Position numbers and translations under genes: made by a program. From positions 5,531 through 69,530 of the forward strand of contig CACDER010000001.1 in NCBI GenBank assembly GCA_902551855.1: a stretch of 64,000 bases of DNA, read 5' to 3'. Shown in pieces: positions 1-9,632 of this stretch; position 1 is the first letter of the stretch, and the number at the start of each line of letters is the position of its first letter. A model generated the notes under the pieces. It was not told the origin of the DNA. It saw nothing but the letters and a program-made list of their open reading frames with translations, and made no database searches. The DNA comes from an uncultured Cryomorphaceae bacterium. GTDB taxonomy: Bacteria; Bacteroidota; Bacteroidia; Flavobacteriales; UBA7430.

Positions 1-2
1 CA

Positions 3-143
3 ACTGAAATTATAAATAAATTGAGTCATTTTATTGATGGAAGGGGTGGAGGTCAAAATTTCTATGCATCTGCAGGTGGAAATAAGTTAGATGGAATAAA
101 TAAAGCTTTATCTGAGGCAAGAAAAATATTATTAACAAATTAA
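3..143 (+). CDS. alaS: alanine--tRNA ligase, C-terminal fragment (5' part lies outside the window)
   Basis: Frame 3 is open from the window edge to TAA at 141-143. The tail HFIDGRGGGQNFYASAGGNKLDGINKAL matches the Gly-rich GGGG...A.AGG motif of the AlaRS C-terminal domain. Confidence 0.6.
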   Translation, partial: TEIINKLSHFIDGRGGGQNFYASAGGNKLDGINKALSEARKILLTN

Positions 144-1363
144 ATATTTTTCATTAGTAATTCTTTAATTTCATTGGAACTTGGTCTTGGAGCATTGTTT
201 GATATTATTTTGCCTTCTTTTGAAATTAATATAAATCTGGGTATACTAAAAATAGCATAGTAATCTGTTATTTCACTCCATCCATTTGCCCAAAGTTGAA
301 TTCCACCGAGTTTTTTTTTGATAACCATACTAGTCCAATCCTCCTTATTTTCGTCAACTGAAATACTTAGAAAGGTTAAATTTTCATCTTTAAAATCATT
401 TTCTAATTTTTTAAGTGAGGGAATTTCTTTTTTACATGGACCACACCATGATGCCCAAACATCGATATAAACTAATTCTCCTTTAAAGTCTGATAGTGAT
501 ATTAAATTGTTATTTATATCAGGATAAGTGAAATCAATAAAATCTTCTCCTTCCTTAGGTATACCTTCAAGTTGAACTTTTCTCTCTTTCCAAGAGGATA
601 AGTATTTGTTAATCTCACTAATTTTAGAATTTATAAATTCATAGTCTTTAATATCCTCTAGATAAGAATTTAATGTTAAAAAATAATTATTGGTAAATTC
701 ATTAAAATTTTTTAAATCAAGACTATATAATGAATCGAATATATTAATATTACTTTTAAAATTGTATTCGTTTAGAAGAAATTTTTTTTGTTCAAATGGT
801 AAATTAGAAATTTCTTTTTGTTTATTTAAGTAATAATCTAACAGTTCATTTATAGATGTTTCTTCTTTTAAAATAAAATCTTCATTATTAACGGAATTTA
901 GTTTTTTTCTTAACAATTTTCTAAACTTGTTTGTGGATTCAATATATTTAATGGAATCTTGAAGGAAATAATTTTCATTATAAAAATTATAATTTTCAAT
1001 TAATAAATATTTTTCACAAAGAAAGTTTGAAGCTTCACTTCCAGAATAAGAAATAGATTCGTCAAATTCATTAGTATTAAGTCGTAATTTAATATTATCA
1101 TTTGGATTTATAAACATTTTTGAAGATTCATTTCCATGTAATACATTAAAGTATGAGGGTGTATCTATATTAAAAGATAATTGAAAGTATCCTTTACTAT
1201 CAATTGATGTTTTAAAAGTGATTTCTTCTTTTAAATCAATAGATGAAAATGAAATTATATCTTCTTTAGGATTTGAAATATTTCCCGAAATTTTAGTTTT
1301 ATTTGTATTTAAACAAGAACTAACAAGAAAAATAATTAGGCAGGGAATATATTTATATTTCAT
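140..1363 (-). CDS. TlpA-like thiol:disulfide oxidoreductase lipoprotein (thioredoxin fold)
   Basis: 407-aa ORF with a signal/lipobox-like N-terminus (LIIFLVSSC). C-terminal thioredoxin domain has the WASWCGPC active site. The N-terminal beta-rich module resembles Bacteroidota TlpA-like proteins. Confidence 0.85.
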   Translation of the reverse strand: MKYKYIPCLIIFLVSSCLNTNKTKISGNISNPKEDIISFSSIDLKEEITFKTSIDSKGYFQLSFNIDTPSYFNVLHGNESSKMFINPNDNIKLRLNTNEFDESISYSGSEASNFLCEKYLLIENYNFYNENYFLQDSIKYIESTNKFRKLLRKKLNSVNNEDFILKEETSINELLDYYLNKQKEISNLPFEQKKFLLNEYNFKSNINIFDSLYSLDLKNFNEFTNNYFLTLNSYLEDIKDYEFINSKISEINKYLSSWKERKVQLEGIPKEGEDFIDFTYPDINNNLISLSDFKGELVYIDVWASWCGPCKKEIPSLKKLENDFKDENLTFLSISVDENKEDWTSMVIKKKLGGIQLWANGWSEITDYYAIFSIPRFILISKEGKIISNNAPRPSSNEIKELLMKNI

Positions 1364-1374
1364 AATTAATTAAA

Positions 1375-1611
1375 TTACACTAATTTATTTTTTTTTAAGA
1401 TATTAAATGCGATTTTAAAATCACTAATATTCACAAAAATTTTTTTTTTATAGTTTGAGGAAATCCATCCAGCATTAATACTGTTTTCATAATCACTGTT
1501 TATAGTAAATTTAATTTTATTAATTGTCATTAGATGTGAAACATAATTAATGTCAGCTATTGATCCTTCATATAAAAATTTTAATTTAATCCTTGTCATA
1601 AACATCTTCAA
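1375..1611 (-). CDS. small conserved hypothetical protein (DUF2007-like, from recalled pattern only)
   Basis: 78-aa ORF abutting hutU. Its alternating beta-alpha pattern (YEGSIADINYVSHLM...INAGW...ISDFKIAFNILKK) resembles small DUF2007 proteins. The start codon is uncertain (three Met in the first 5 codons). Confidence 0.3.
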   Translation of the reverse strand: MKMFMTRIKLKFLYEGSIADINYVSHLMTINKIKFTINSDYENSINAGWISSNYKKKIFVNISDFKIAFNILKKNKLV

Positions 1612-3601
1612 TTAAGCTTTCGTCTGCTATATTAGGTATAGTAATTTTGAGTTTTTTATTCATCTTCATTGCTCTTTTGATTGCAAAAATTGCTTCTTTA
1701 TTTCTAGCCCAATTTCTCCTTGCTATACCATTATTTACATCCCAAAATAACATTGAACTTAATTTTAAATCTGCTTTTTTTGAACCATCTAAAACTAATC
1801 CAAAGCCACCATTAATTACTTCTCCCCAACCAACTCCACCACCGTTGTGAATTGAAACCCATGTTGCACCTCTAAAACTATCTCCAATTACATTTTGAAT
1901 AGCCATGTCAGCAGTAAATTTGGATCCATCATAAATATTAGAAGTTTCTCGATATGGAGAATCAGTTCCTGAAACATCATGGTGATCTCTACCAAGAATT
2001 ACTGGACCAATAATTTTTTTTGAAATAGCATAATTGAATGCTTTAGCAATTTTTATCCTAGTTTCAGAATCAGCATACAAAATTCTTGATTGACACCCTA
2101 CTACTAAGTTATTTTTTTTTGCTTCTTTAATCCAAGTTATATTATCAGATAATTGTTTTTTAATTTCATTTGGAGATTTGGAGTATATTTCTTGAAGTAT
2201 TTTTAAAGCTATCTCATCAGTTTTTTCTAAGTCAGATATTTTATTGGTTGCACATATCCATCTAAAAGGACCAAAACCATAGTCAAAACAAATTGGTCCG
2301 ATTATGTCTTGTATGTAGGATGGATAAATAAAATCTTTTCCATTCTTGCTCAATAGATTTCCGCCTGCTCTGGATGCTTCTAGTAAGAATGCATTTCCAT
2401 AGTCAAAAAAATAAGTTCCTTTTTTACAGTGATCATTAATTAATTTAGAATGTTTAATTAATGTTTGTTTAACTAATTTTTTAAATTTTGATGGATTTTT
2501 AGAAATAAGTTTTTTGGCATTTTCAAAACTAATTCCAACAGGATAGTATCCCCCTGACCATGGATTATGCAAGGATGTTTGATCTGATCCTATATCAACA
2601 AATATATTTTTTTCTAAAAATTTTCCCCACACATCAACTATATTTCCATGATAAGCAATTGAAACAACTTCCTTATTTTTTTTTGCCTCTATAACTCTTT
2701 TTGAAAGCAAATTTAAATCATTAAATATTTCATCTACCCAACCTTGTGAATGTCTGATTTTTATCGCTTTTAAATTTACCTCTGCAATTACAGATATACA
2801 TTTGACAATATTCCCAGCTTTAGGTTGAGCCCCACTCATGCCCCCTAGACCAGAAGATAAAAATAATTTTCCTTGTAAGTTTTCATTATTCTTTGAAATT
2901 TTTCTACCAACATTTAATAGGGTTAATGTAGTTCCATGAACAATTCCCTGAGGACCTATATACATGAATGAACCAGCAGTCATTTGACCAAATTGACTAA
3001 CTCCTAATGCATTAAATTTTTCAAGATGATTAGTTTTAGAGTAATTTGGTATTACCATACCGTTAGTTACAACAACCCTGGGAGAATTTTCATGAGAAGG
3101 AAAAAGACCAATTGGATGACCAGAGTATATACATAATGTTTGTGAGTCATCCATTTCTGATAGATATTTCATACAAAGTCTGTATTGAGCCCAATTTTGA
3201 AATACCGACCCATTTCCACCATAAGTAATTAATTCCTCTGGGTGCTGAGCAACCAAATTATCAAGATTATTTTGAATCATTAACATTATAGCTTTTGCTT
3301 GAATACTTTTGCCAGGGTAGTCATTGATATTTCTTGATACTATTTTGTGAGTTGGTTTATATCTATACATGTAAATTCTTCCATATGTTGATAATTCATA
3401 CTTAAAATCCAAGGAAAGTTCTTTGTGATGTTTTCTTGGAAAATATCTTAATGCATTTTTAAGTGCTAATCTTTTTTCAGATAAATTTAAAATATCTTTC
3501 CTCTTTGGAGCATGATTAAGATTTTCATCTAATTTTTTTTTCGGTGGAATCTTATTTGGAATTCCTTCTTTTATTTCTTCTTGAAATTTTATTATTTCCA
3601 T
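1586..3601 (-). CDS. hutU: urocanate hydratase (long Bacteroidota form)
   Basis: 671-aa ORF with urocanase hallmarks: LALKNALRYF, GGNGSVFQNW, MTAGSFMYIGPQGIVHGT, GLGGMSGAQPKA, LHNPWSGGYYP, GRDHHDVSGTDSPYRETSN. Confidence 0.9.
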   Translation of the reverse strand: MEIIKFQEEIKEGIPNKIPPKKKLDENLNHAPKRKDILNLSEKRLALKNALRYFPRKHHKELSLDFKYELSTYGRIYMYRYKPTHKIVSRNINDYPGKSIQAKAIMLMIQNNLDNLVAQHPEELITYGGNGSVFQNWAQYRLCMKYLSEMDDSQTLCIYSGHPIGLFPSHENSPRVVVTNGMVIPNYSKTNHLEKFNALGVSQFGQMTAGSFMYIGPQGIVHGTTLTLLNVGRKISKNNENLQGKLFLSSGLGGMSGAQPKAGNIVKCISVIAEVNLKAIKIRHSQGWVDEIFNDLNLLSKRVIEAKKNKEVVSIAYHGNIVDVWGKFLEKNIFVDIGSDQTSLHNPWSGGYYPVGISFENAKKLISKNPSKFKKLVKQTLIKHSKLINDHCKKGTYFFDYGNAFLLEASRAGGNLLSKNGKDFIYPSYIQDIIGPICFDYGFGPFRWICATNKISDLEKTDEIALKILQEIYSKSPNEIKKQLSDNITWIKEAKKNNLVVGCQSRILYADSETRIKIAKAFNYAISKKIIGPVILGRDHHDVSGTDSPYRETSNIYDGSKFTADMAIQNVIGDSFRGATWVSIHNGGGVGWGEVINGGFGLVLDGSKKADLKLSSMLFWDVNNGIARRNWARNKEAIFAIKRAMKMNKKLKITIPNIADESLIEDVYDKD

Positions 3602-3767
3602 TTAGTATATTTTTTTTATGTTTGTAAGGGCAATGTTTACAGTAGTTTTGACAACAATATCCTCTTTTGAGATGATATGTTTCAGTAAAAATTAAATATC
3701 CTTCACTTGAATAATAGTATTCATTTGATTTCAATTTATTTATATTTGAAAAATCATTTTTATTCAT
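3552..3767 (-). CDS. small Cys-rich protein, DUF5522-like
   Basis: 71-aa ORF. The motif YLIFTETYHLKRGYCCQNYCKHCPY matches the recalled DUF5522 pattern (FTE.YHL.RG.CC...C.HCPY). Its basic tail overlaps the hutU start out of frame. Confidence 0.45.
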   Translation of the reverse strand: MNKNDFSNINKLKSNEYYYSSEGYLIFTETYHLKRGYCCQNYCKHCPYKHKKNILNGNNKISRRNKRRNSK

Positions 3768-3805
3768 TTATGCAAATTTACAATTTTCAATTTTATATTT
3801 AAACT

Positions 3806-4705
3806 ATGAATTTGCCAAATAATGCTCCTCTTGAAGAAATTTATTTACAAAATGACTTTAAATCTGGAGTTAGACTATTTTTAAAAAGAGAAGATAAAAT
3901 ACATCCTATTATTAGTGGAAATAAGTGGAGAAAATTGTATTACAACATAAAATTTGCAAAAAAAAATAAAATAAATTCAATTGTTACAATGGGAGGTGCA
4001 TTTTCAAATCATATTGCTGCTACGGCCTATGCTGGTAGAATTTTTGGATTTGACACAATAGGTTATATTAGAGGAGATGAATTAAAAAAATTAAATTCTA
4101 CTTTAAGTTTTGCAAAATTAAATGGAATGAAATTTAAATTTGTAAGTAGAAGTTTATACAAGACTGGTTTTTTTTTAGAAAAGTATAAAAATAAAAAAAA
4201 ATACAAAGATTATATGATAATTCCTGAAGGTGGTTCAAATCAAATGGGAATAGATGGCTGTAAGGAAATTTATAATGACATTAAAATTGATTTTGATTAT
4301 ATATGTTGTTCAGTTGGTACTGGAGGAACTCTATCGGGTATTGCAAGTAAATTAAAAAAAAATCAGTATGCTTTTGGCTTTAGCTCATTAAAAGGAGCTA
4401 ATTATTTAAACGATGTAGTGAGAGGATATACCAAGAACAATAATTGGAAACTTATTATGAATTACCATTTTGGAGGATATGCAAAAATAAATGATGAATT
4501 GATTGATTTCATTAATTTTTTTAAAGAGAAATATAATATTCAACTTGACCCAATATATACGGGTAAACTAATTTTTGGAATTTTTGATTTGATAAAAAAA
4601 AATTTTTTTAAAAAAAAATCAACTATAATAGCCGTTCATTCAGGAGGAATTCAAGGCATAAATGGGATAAATGATAAACTTAAGAATAATAAAATTATAA
4701 TTTAA
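3806..4705 (+). CDS. PLP-dependent enzyme of the ACC deaminase / D-cysteine desulfhydrase family
   Basis: 299-aa ORF. SGNKWRKL carries the PLP-lysine motif. Also GGAFSNHIAATA, EGGSN and the glycine loop CSVGTGGTLSGI, all typical of the fold-type II PLP family. Confidence 0.75.
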   Translation: MNLPNNAPLEEIYLQNDFKSGVRLFLKREDKIHPIISGNKWRKLYYNIKFAKKNKINSIVTMGGAFSNHIAATAYAGRIFGFDTIGYIRGDELKKLNSTLSFAKLNGMKFKFVSRSLYKTGFFLEKYKNKKKYKDYMIIPEGGSNQMGIDGCKEIYNDIKIDFDYICCSVGTGGTLSGIASKLKKNQYAFGFSSLKGANYLNDVVRGYTKNNNWKLIMNYHFGGYAKINDELIDFINFFKEKYNIQLDPIYTGKLIFGIFDLIKKNFFKKKSTIIAVHSGGIQGINGINDKLKNNKIII

Positions 4706-5583
4706 TGAGATTTTTAGTAATAATATTTTTTTCTTTCACTTTTGAAGCTTACTCTCAAAATAATTTAACTGAAGAATACATAAAGAATTATTATAAAATT
4801 GCAATTTCTGAGATGCATCTTCATGGAATCCCCGCAAGCATAACTTTAGCTCAAGGTATTTTAGAGTCAGGTAATGGTAAATCACACTTAGCACAAAAGT
4901 CAAATAATCACTTTGGAATTAAATGCCATAAAAATTGGAAAGGCAAAAAAGTCTTTCATGATGATGATGAAAAAAAAGAATGTTTTAGAAAGTATAAAAA
5001 TCCAAATGAGTCTTTCAAAGATCATTCTTTATTTTTAAAAGAAAGAGATAGATATTCATTCTTATTTAGATATAAAACATCAGATTATAAATCTTGGTCA
5101 AAAGGACTGAAAAAAGCGGGATATGCCACTAATCCTAATTATGCAAATAAATTAATTGATTTGATTGAGAAATATAATTTACATGTGTATGATGTCTCCA
5201 ATAAAAATGGTAAACGAAAAATTGACAAAAATATAGGTAAGAATAATAGAGAAATACTAAAAAGCAATAATAATGTGAAATATGTTCTATCTAAAAAAAA
5301 TGATACTTATGATTTAATAGCCCATCAAAACAGACTATGGCTATGGCAAATATTAGATTTTAATGATAAAACTAAAGATGAAAATATAGAAGTTGGAGAA
5401 ATTGTTTTCTTAGAGCCCAAAAGAAATAAAGGTAAATTAAAAGAATATAAAGTTAAAAAAGGTGATACAATTTATTCAATTTCCCAAAATAATGGTATTA
5501 AATTGAGCAAACTAAAAAAAATAAACAATATTGATGAAAAGTTTATTATAAAAACAAATCAAATAATATATTTGAGAAAGTGA
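4705..5583 (+). CDS. secreted peptidoglycan hydrolase: glucosaminidase domain plus C-terminal LysM
   Basis: Signal peptide followed by GIPASITLAQGILESGNGKSHLAQKSNNHFGIKC and GYATNPNYANKLIDLIEKY (mannosyl-glycoprotein endo-beta-N-acetylglucosaminidase family). C-terminal LysM: YKVKKGDTIYSISQNNGIKLSKLKKINNI. Confidence 0.8.
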   Translation: MRFLVIIFFSFTFEAYSQNNLTEEYIKNYYKIAISEMHLHGIPASITLAQGILESGNGKSHLAQKSNNHFGIKCHKNWKGKKVFHDDDEKKECFRKYKNPNESFKDHSLFLKERDRYSFLFRYKTSDYKSWSKGLKKAGYATNPNYANKLIDLIEKYNLHVYDVSNKNGKRKIDKNIGKNNREILKSNNNVKYVLSKKNDTYDLIAHQNRLWLWQILDFNDKTKDENIEVGEIVFLEPKRNKGKLKEYKVKKGDTIYSISQNNGIKLSKLKKINNIDEKFIIKTNQIIYLRK

Positions 5584-5595
5584 TTTAGAATTCAT

Positions 5596-6171
5596 CTAAT
5601 ATAAGTTAAAACTTATTCTATGATATTTAGATACTCCAATTTTTTTGATTTGATTTTTGTGATGTTTTGTTGGATATCCTTTATTTTTATTCCACAAATA
5701 TTTTGGATATTCTAAATGTAATTTTTCCATAATTTTATCTCTGTATACTTTTGCAATTATTGATGCCGAAGCAATACTCAAATATTCGTTATCTCCCCTA
5801 ATAATACAATGATGTTCAATATTTTTATATTTTAAAAATTTATTACCATCAACTAGTATTGAATTAAAATTAGTTTCAGTTTTATTTAATGCTCTATGAA
5901 TTGCTAAAAATGAGGCATTAAGAATATTAATTTTATCAATTTCGTGGTTTTCAACTATACCGTATGTATATTCCAATGCATTATTTTGAATTAGTAAATT
6001 CAATTTATTTCTTAATCTTTCGTTAAGTTTTTTTGAATCTTTTATCTCTTTATTTTTAAAATTTTTAGGTAAGATTACTGCTGCTGCTACAACAGGTCCT
6101 GATAGACATCCCCTTCCAACTTCATCGCAACCAATTTCAATATTATTTGATGAAAAATATGATTTTAGCAT
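5596..6171 (-). CDS. rnhB: ribonuclease HII
   Basis: 191 aa, with the IGCDEVGRGCLSGPVVAAAV catalytic motif, plus DSKKL and ASIIAKVYRD. Confidence 0.9.
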   Translation of the reverse strand: MLKSYFSSNNIEIGCDEVGRGCLSGPVVAAAVILPKNFKNKEIKDSKKLNERLRNKLNLLIQNNALEYTYGIVENHEIDKINILNASFLAIHRALNKTETNFNSILVDGNKFLKYKNIEHHCIIRGDNEYLSIASASIIAKVYRDKIMEKLHLEYPKYLWNKNKGYPTKHHKNQIKKIGVSKYHRISFNLY

Positions 6172-7286
6172 TTTAATAATTCTAAAATTTTTGAAACAAT
6201 AAGTTTTGAAGGATCATCCCAATTATATTTCTTACTTTGTTCAATCCCCATTTGAGATAAAAATTTTCTATGATTTATATCTTTTTTTATTTTCATCATT
6301 TGATTTGAGATTTCTTTTAAATTAAACGGATTTACTAGAACAGCAGCTTTCTGAGTGATTTCAGGAATTACGGTCTGATTTGATGCAATTACAGGACATC
6401 CACACTTCATTGCTTCAATAATTGGAATTCCAAATCCTTCAAAATATGATAAAAAGCAAAAAGCTAATGCGGATGAGTATATATTAACAAGTTCAAAATT
6501 ATTTTTTTCCCCAAGAAAAATAATATCATCTTTATAATTAGAACTTTTATAGCTTTTATTTATTTTCGAATCCCAGTACATTATTCTTCCAACTATAATT
6601 AGTTTTGTTTTACAATTAGACGAATTTTTGAATAAATTGAAAGCTAAAATTAAATTATTTAAATTTTTTCTCGGATTGATCGATCCAACAAATAGAAAAT
6701 AGTCTTCGTTATTAGAGTATTTTTTTTTTGTTTTTATAGAAGATTTTAAGGGTTTATAAATTTTATTTATTCCATTGTATGCATACGAAATTTTATCTTC
6801 ATTTATATTATATTTTGATATGATATCTTTTTTTGAAAAATTTGAAACAGTTATTATTTTACTGGAATTATGTGCATACTTTTTAAAAAAAAATCTGTAA
6901 TAAATACTGTGAAAAAATTTAGTATCACGTGGAAAATATTCAAAGTTAATGTCATGAATAACAGTAATTGAAGGAATTTTTAATTTATGTGGCATCATTC
7001 CCTCTGGTGACAAAAATAAATCAGCTTTAATTTTTTTTAAAACTTTAGGTAATAATATTTCAAACCAAATAAACCATAAGATTGGATGTCTAGCAGATGG
7101 CCTCAATACAATTGGTATTATATTTTTTTCAAAAATAAATTCACCAGGATAATCTCTATCAAAAATGAAATAAAAGTTATAATTAGGTAGCATTTTTGTT
7201 ATTCTTGCAAGTGTTTCAAAAGTATAGGTACCTATACCTTCAAGTCTATTTTTGATTAAAAGACGGGTATTTACTGCAATATTCAT
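6165..7286 (-). CDS. glycosyltransferase, GT4 (GT-B fold) family
   Basis: 373 aa. C-terminal EGFGIPIIEAMKCGCPVIAS (E-x7-E region) and FLFVGSINPRKN are typical of group 1 / GT4 transferases. Confidence 0.8.
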   Translation of the reverse strand: MNIAVNTRLLIKNRLEGIGTYTFETLARITKMLPNYNFYFIFDRDYPGEFIFEKNIIPIVLRPSARHPILWFIWFEILLPKVLKKIKADLFLSPEGMMPHKLKIPSITVIHDINFEYFPRDTKFFHSIYYRFFFKKYAHNSSKIITVSNFSKKDIISKYNINEDKISYAYNGINKIYKPLKSSIKTKKKYSNNEDYFLFVGSINPRKNLNNLILAFNLFKNSSNCKTKLIIVGRIMYWDSKINKSYKSSNYKDDIIFLGEKNNFELVNIYSSALAFCFLSYFEGFGIPIIEAMKCGCPVIASNQTVIPEITQKAAVLVNPFNLKEISNQMMKIKKDINHRKFLSQMGIEQSKKYNWDDPSKLIVSKILELLKC

Positions 7287-7337
7287 TTAGATATTTGTAT
7301 TATTACAATTTAAAATTAATGATATTTATTTTTTTAA

Positions 7338-8702
7338 TTGATGTTTAAGCTTGTTAATTTTATTTTAAACTGTAAACTACAAAATAAATCAGATATTGAA
7401 TTTAAAAATCTTATAATTAATAGTGGATTTGTTTTTCTATTTAGATTGTTAGGTTTAATATTTGGATTTATACTAACTTTTTTAATAACTAAATTTTATG
7501 GTACAGAAATTTTAGGCATATATACTTTATCTTTTACCATGTTAACCGTTGTTGCAGTTTTATCCAGACTAGGTCTGGATGAGGCTTTAGTAAAGATTGT
7601 ATCTGGCCTGATGATTTCTGGTAAAAAGAGAGAAGTTTATTCAACATATAAATTTTGTTTTCAAACTACATTTATTACTGCAGTTATTTTGACTATTATT
7701 TTTTATTTAAGTTCAAATTTTTTTTCAAATTTATTTGATAATAAAAAATTAGATTCTGCTTTGAAAATCATTTCCCTTTCAATAGTACCATATGCACTGT
7801 TAAAAATAAATTCTGATCTTTTTAAGGGTATGAAAGAAACTAAGTATTTCTCATATTTCCAGACTGGATCAGTATTTTTACTAATATCAATATTTATAAT
7901 TTTATTTAGAATTTTAACTTTGTCCTCTAATGTTCTTTTTATTTCCATTATAGTATCATCAATTTTTATATTAATTATTTCAATTCTTATTGTAAATAAA
8001 TTTTTTAATGAACCTATTAAAAGAGATTTTAATATCTCTAAAATTAATTTATTAAAACTTTCAATACCAATGATGGTAACAAGTTCAATGTTTATGGTTT
8101 TAAGTTGGACAGATAATTTATTACTAGGTTTTTTTTTAAAGGAGCAAAATGTTGGAATATATTTTGTCACTTATAAAATTTCACTAATTATCAGTTTTGG
8201 TTTATTTGCAGTTAATTCAGTTATTTCTCCGAAATTTTCAGAATCTTATCATAAAAATGATCTGATGCAATTAAAAAAAACAGCCATTTATTCAGCAAAA
8301 TTAAATTTTTATTTGGGGCTAATTTTAACAACTTTTTTATTTTTTTGTATAAAATTTATTTTATCAATATATGGAGAAGAATTTAAAATTGCTTACAGAA
8401 CTTTTTATATATTAATTATTGGTCAATTATTCAATACTATATGTGGTTCAGTTTTGAATCTTTTAAATATGACAGGTAAGGAAATACTTGTCAGTTTAAT
8501 TATTTTGTCAGCTGCTATTTTAAATTTTACTTTGAATTACTATTTAATTCCAATAATGGAGAGTTCACAGTATTTTATTGGAATTGAAGGAGCAGCACTT
8601 TCAAGTACAATTTGTTTAGTATATTGGAACGTATTGGGATTATTCTTTGTTAAAAAATATTATGGTTTTCTAATGATACCCTTTTTAAATAAATTAAAAT
8701 AA
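7338..8702 (+). CDS. polysaccharide flippase (Wzx-like, MOP/MATE-type superfamily)
   Basis: 454 aa, about 12 predicted TM helices, highly hydrophobic. Located in the glycan locus, with its stop overlapping the sulfotransferase start (TAATG). Confidence 0.7.
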   Translation: MMFKLVNFILNCKLQNKSDIEFKNLIINSGFVFLFRLLGLIFGFILTFLITKFYGTEILGIYTLSFTMLTVVAVLSRLGLDEALVKIVSGLMISGKKREVYSTYKFCFQTTFITAVILTIIFYLSSNFFSNLFDNKKLDSALKIISLSIVPYALLKINSDLFKGMKETKYFSYFQTGSVFLLISIFIILFRILTLSSNVLFISIIVSSIFILIISILIVNKFFNEPIKRDFNISKINLLKLSIPMMVTSSMFMVLSWTDNLLLGFFLKEQNVGIYFVTYKISLIISFGLFAVNSVISPKFSESYHKNDLMQLKKTAIYSAKLNFYLGLILTTFLFFCIKFILSIYGEEFKIAYRTFYILIIGQLFNTICGSVLNLLNMTGKEILVSLIILSAAILNFTLNYYLIPIMESSQYFIGIEGAALSSTICLVYWNVLGLFFVKKYYGFLMIPFLNKLK

Positions 8703-9595
8703 TGGATAAGATTATCAATTTTATTGGAGTTGGGGCTGTTAAGTCTGGCACATCTTGGTTAAGTAATATTTTAGATCAACATCCAGAGATTGAATTTTCG
8801 ACTAGAAAAGAAATTTCTTATTTCAACAAGTATGATTTTAAAGGTGTAAAAAATATTTCTTATAATTTTCCTTTAAATTTTTATTTTAAATTCTGGAGTG
8901 ATAAAAAAAAAATAAAAGGTGAATTTTCTCCTCAATATTTATTTGATTCTCATGCTCCAAGTAAAATAAAAAGTACATTTCCAGATGTGAAAATACTTAT
9001 TATTCTTAGGAATCCTATTGAAGTACTCTATTCTCATTATCATTATGAAAAATATTTTAATCAAACTATACCAGAGAAAATGTCATTCAAAGAATCAATA
9101 AAAAAATATAAATTTCTTGTAAATTCAGTTAAATTTTCTAAACAAATAAAGAGATATCAAAATTTATTTGATAAATCCCAAATCAAAATTTATATTTTTG
9201 AGGAGGCAATAATGAATCCCAGAGAATTTAGCAAGAAATTATACATGGACTTAGGTTTAATCAACGTCGATTTTTTACCTAATTTTAAAGTAATAAATAA
9301 GAGTAAAAAAGTAAGATTTAAATTTATTAATAAGTTTTTTAATATTTTATCAGCAATTAAAAATATTTTGACAAGAAGTAATAGTAATTTTTTTATCAAT
9401 TTCATGAAATCTAAGTTATATTTATATATAGTAAGATTTAGAGATAAAATACTAACTATAAATGTGGTTAATAATAAAAAGGATACTTTATCTGAGAATA
9501 ATATAAATTTTATTGAAAATTATTTAAAAAATGAAATTTTAGAAATAGAAAAACTTTTGGGGAAGGATTTGACAATATGGAGAAAATATGACTAG
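8702..9595 (+). CDS. PAPS-dependent sulfotransferase family protein
   Basis: 297 aa. Has the 5'-phosphosulfate-binding loop GVGAVKSGTSWL (K-x-G-T-S/T-W) and the 3'-phosphate motif ILRNPIEVLYSHY (R-x-P-x-x-x-x-x-S). No TM segment. Confidence 0.75.
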   Translation: MDKIINFIGVGAVKSGTSWLSNILDQHPEIEFSTRKEISYFNKYDFKGVKNISYNFPLNFYFKFWSDKKKIKGEFSPQYLFDSHAPSKIKSTFPDVKILIILRNPIEVLYSHYHYEKYFNQTIPEKMSFKESIKKYKFLVNSVKFSKQIKRYQNLFDKSQIKIYIFEEAIMNPREFSKKLYMDLGLINVDFLPNFKVINKSKKVRFKFINKFFNILSAIKNILTRSNSNFFINFMKSKLYLYIVRFRDKILTINVVNNKKDTLSENNINFIENYLKNEILEIEKLLGKDLTIWRKYD

Positions 9596-9632
9596 ATTTA
9601 CAATCAGAATACAAATTGGTAAAAGTTAATAT

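Noticed and set aside
3773-3780. A TAAATTTG (TAnnTTTG) match on the minus strand upstream of the DUF5522-like gene.
   Set aside because: It lies only 5 nt from the ATG, so the transcript would be leaderless or would start inside the codon. In the four other candidate boxes I report, the spacing to the ATG is 15-23 nt. It could still be a chance match in AT-rich DNA, so I did not list it as a feature.
6720-6729. A 10-nt homopolymeric T/A tract inside the GT4 glycosyltransferase gene, considered as a slipped-strand phase-variation switch. Similar 9-10-nt tracts occur at 1440-1449, 3533-3541 and 4168-4176.
   Set aside because: Tracts of this length are scattered through many unrelated genes in the window. 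They simply encode Lys or Phe runs in a very AT-rich genome and show no enrichment in surface-structure genes. Population sequence data would be needed to revisit this.
7703-8170. A 155-aa ORF antisense to the Wzx-like flippase gene. This is strikingly long for an AT-rich genome, where stop triplets should be frequent.
   Set aside because: In this antisense register, stops require the sense-strand patterns NNT|TAN, NNC|TAN or NNT|CAN. These arise only at Tyr, His or Gln codons that follow a pyrimidine-ending codon. Such codons are sparse in this hydrophobic TM-helix stretch, so the open frame follows from the sense gene's composition. The predicted protein is low-complexity (K/I/L/N-rich) with no recognisable motif or plausible promoter. 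Checking conservation of the antisense frame in relatives would settle it.
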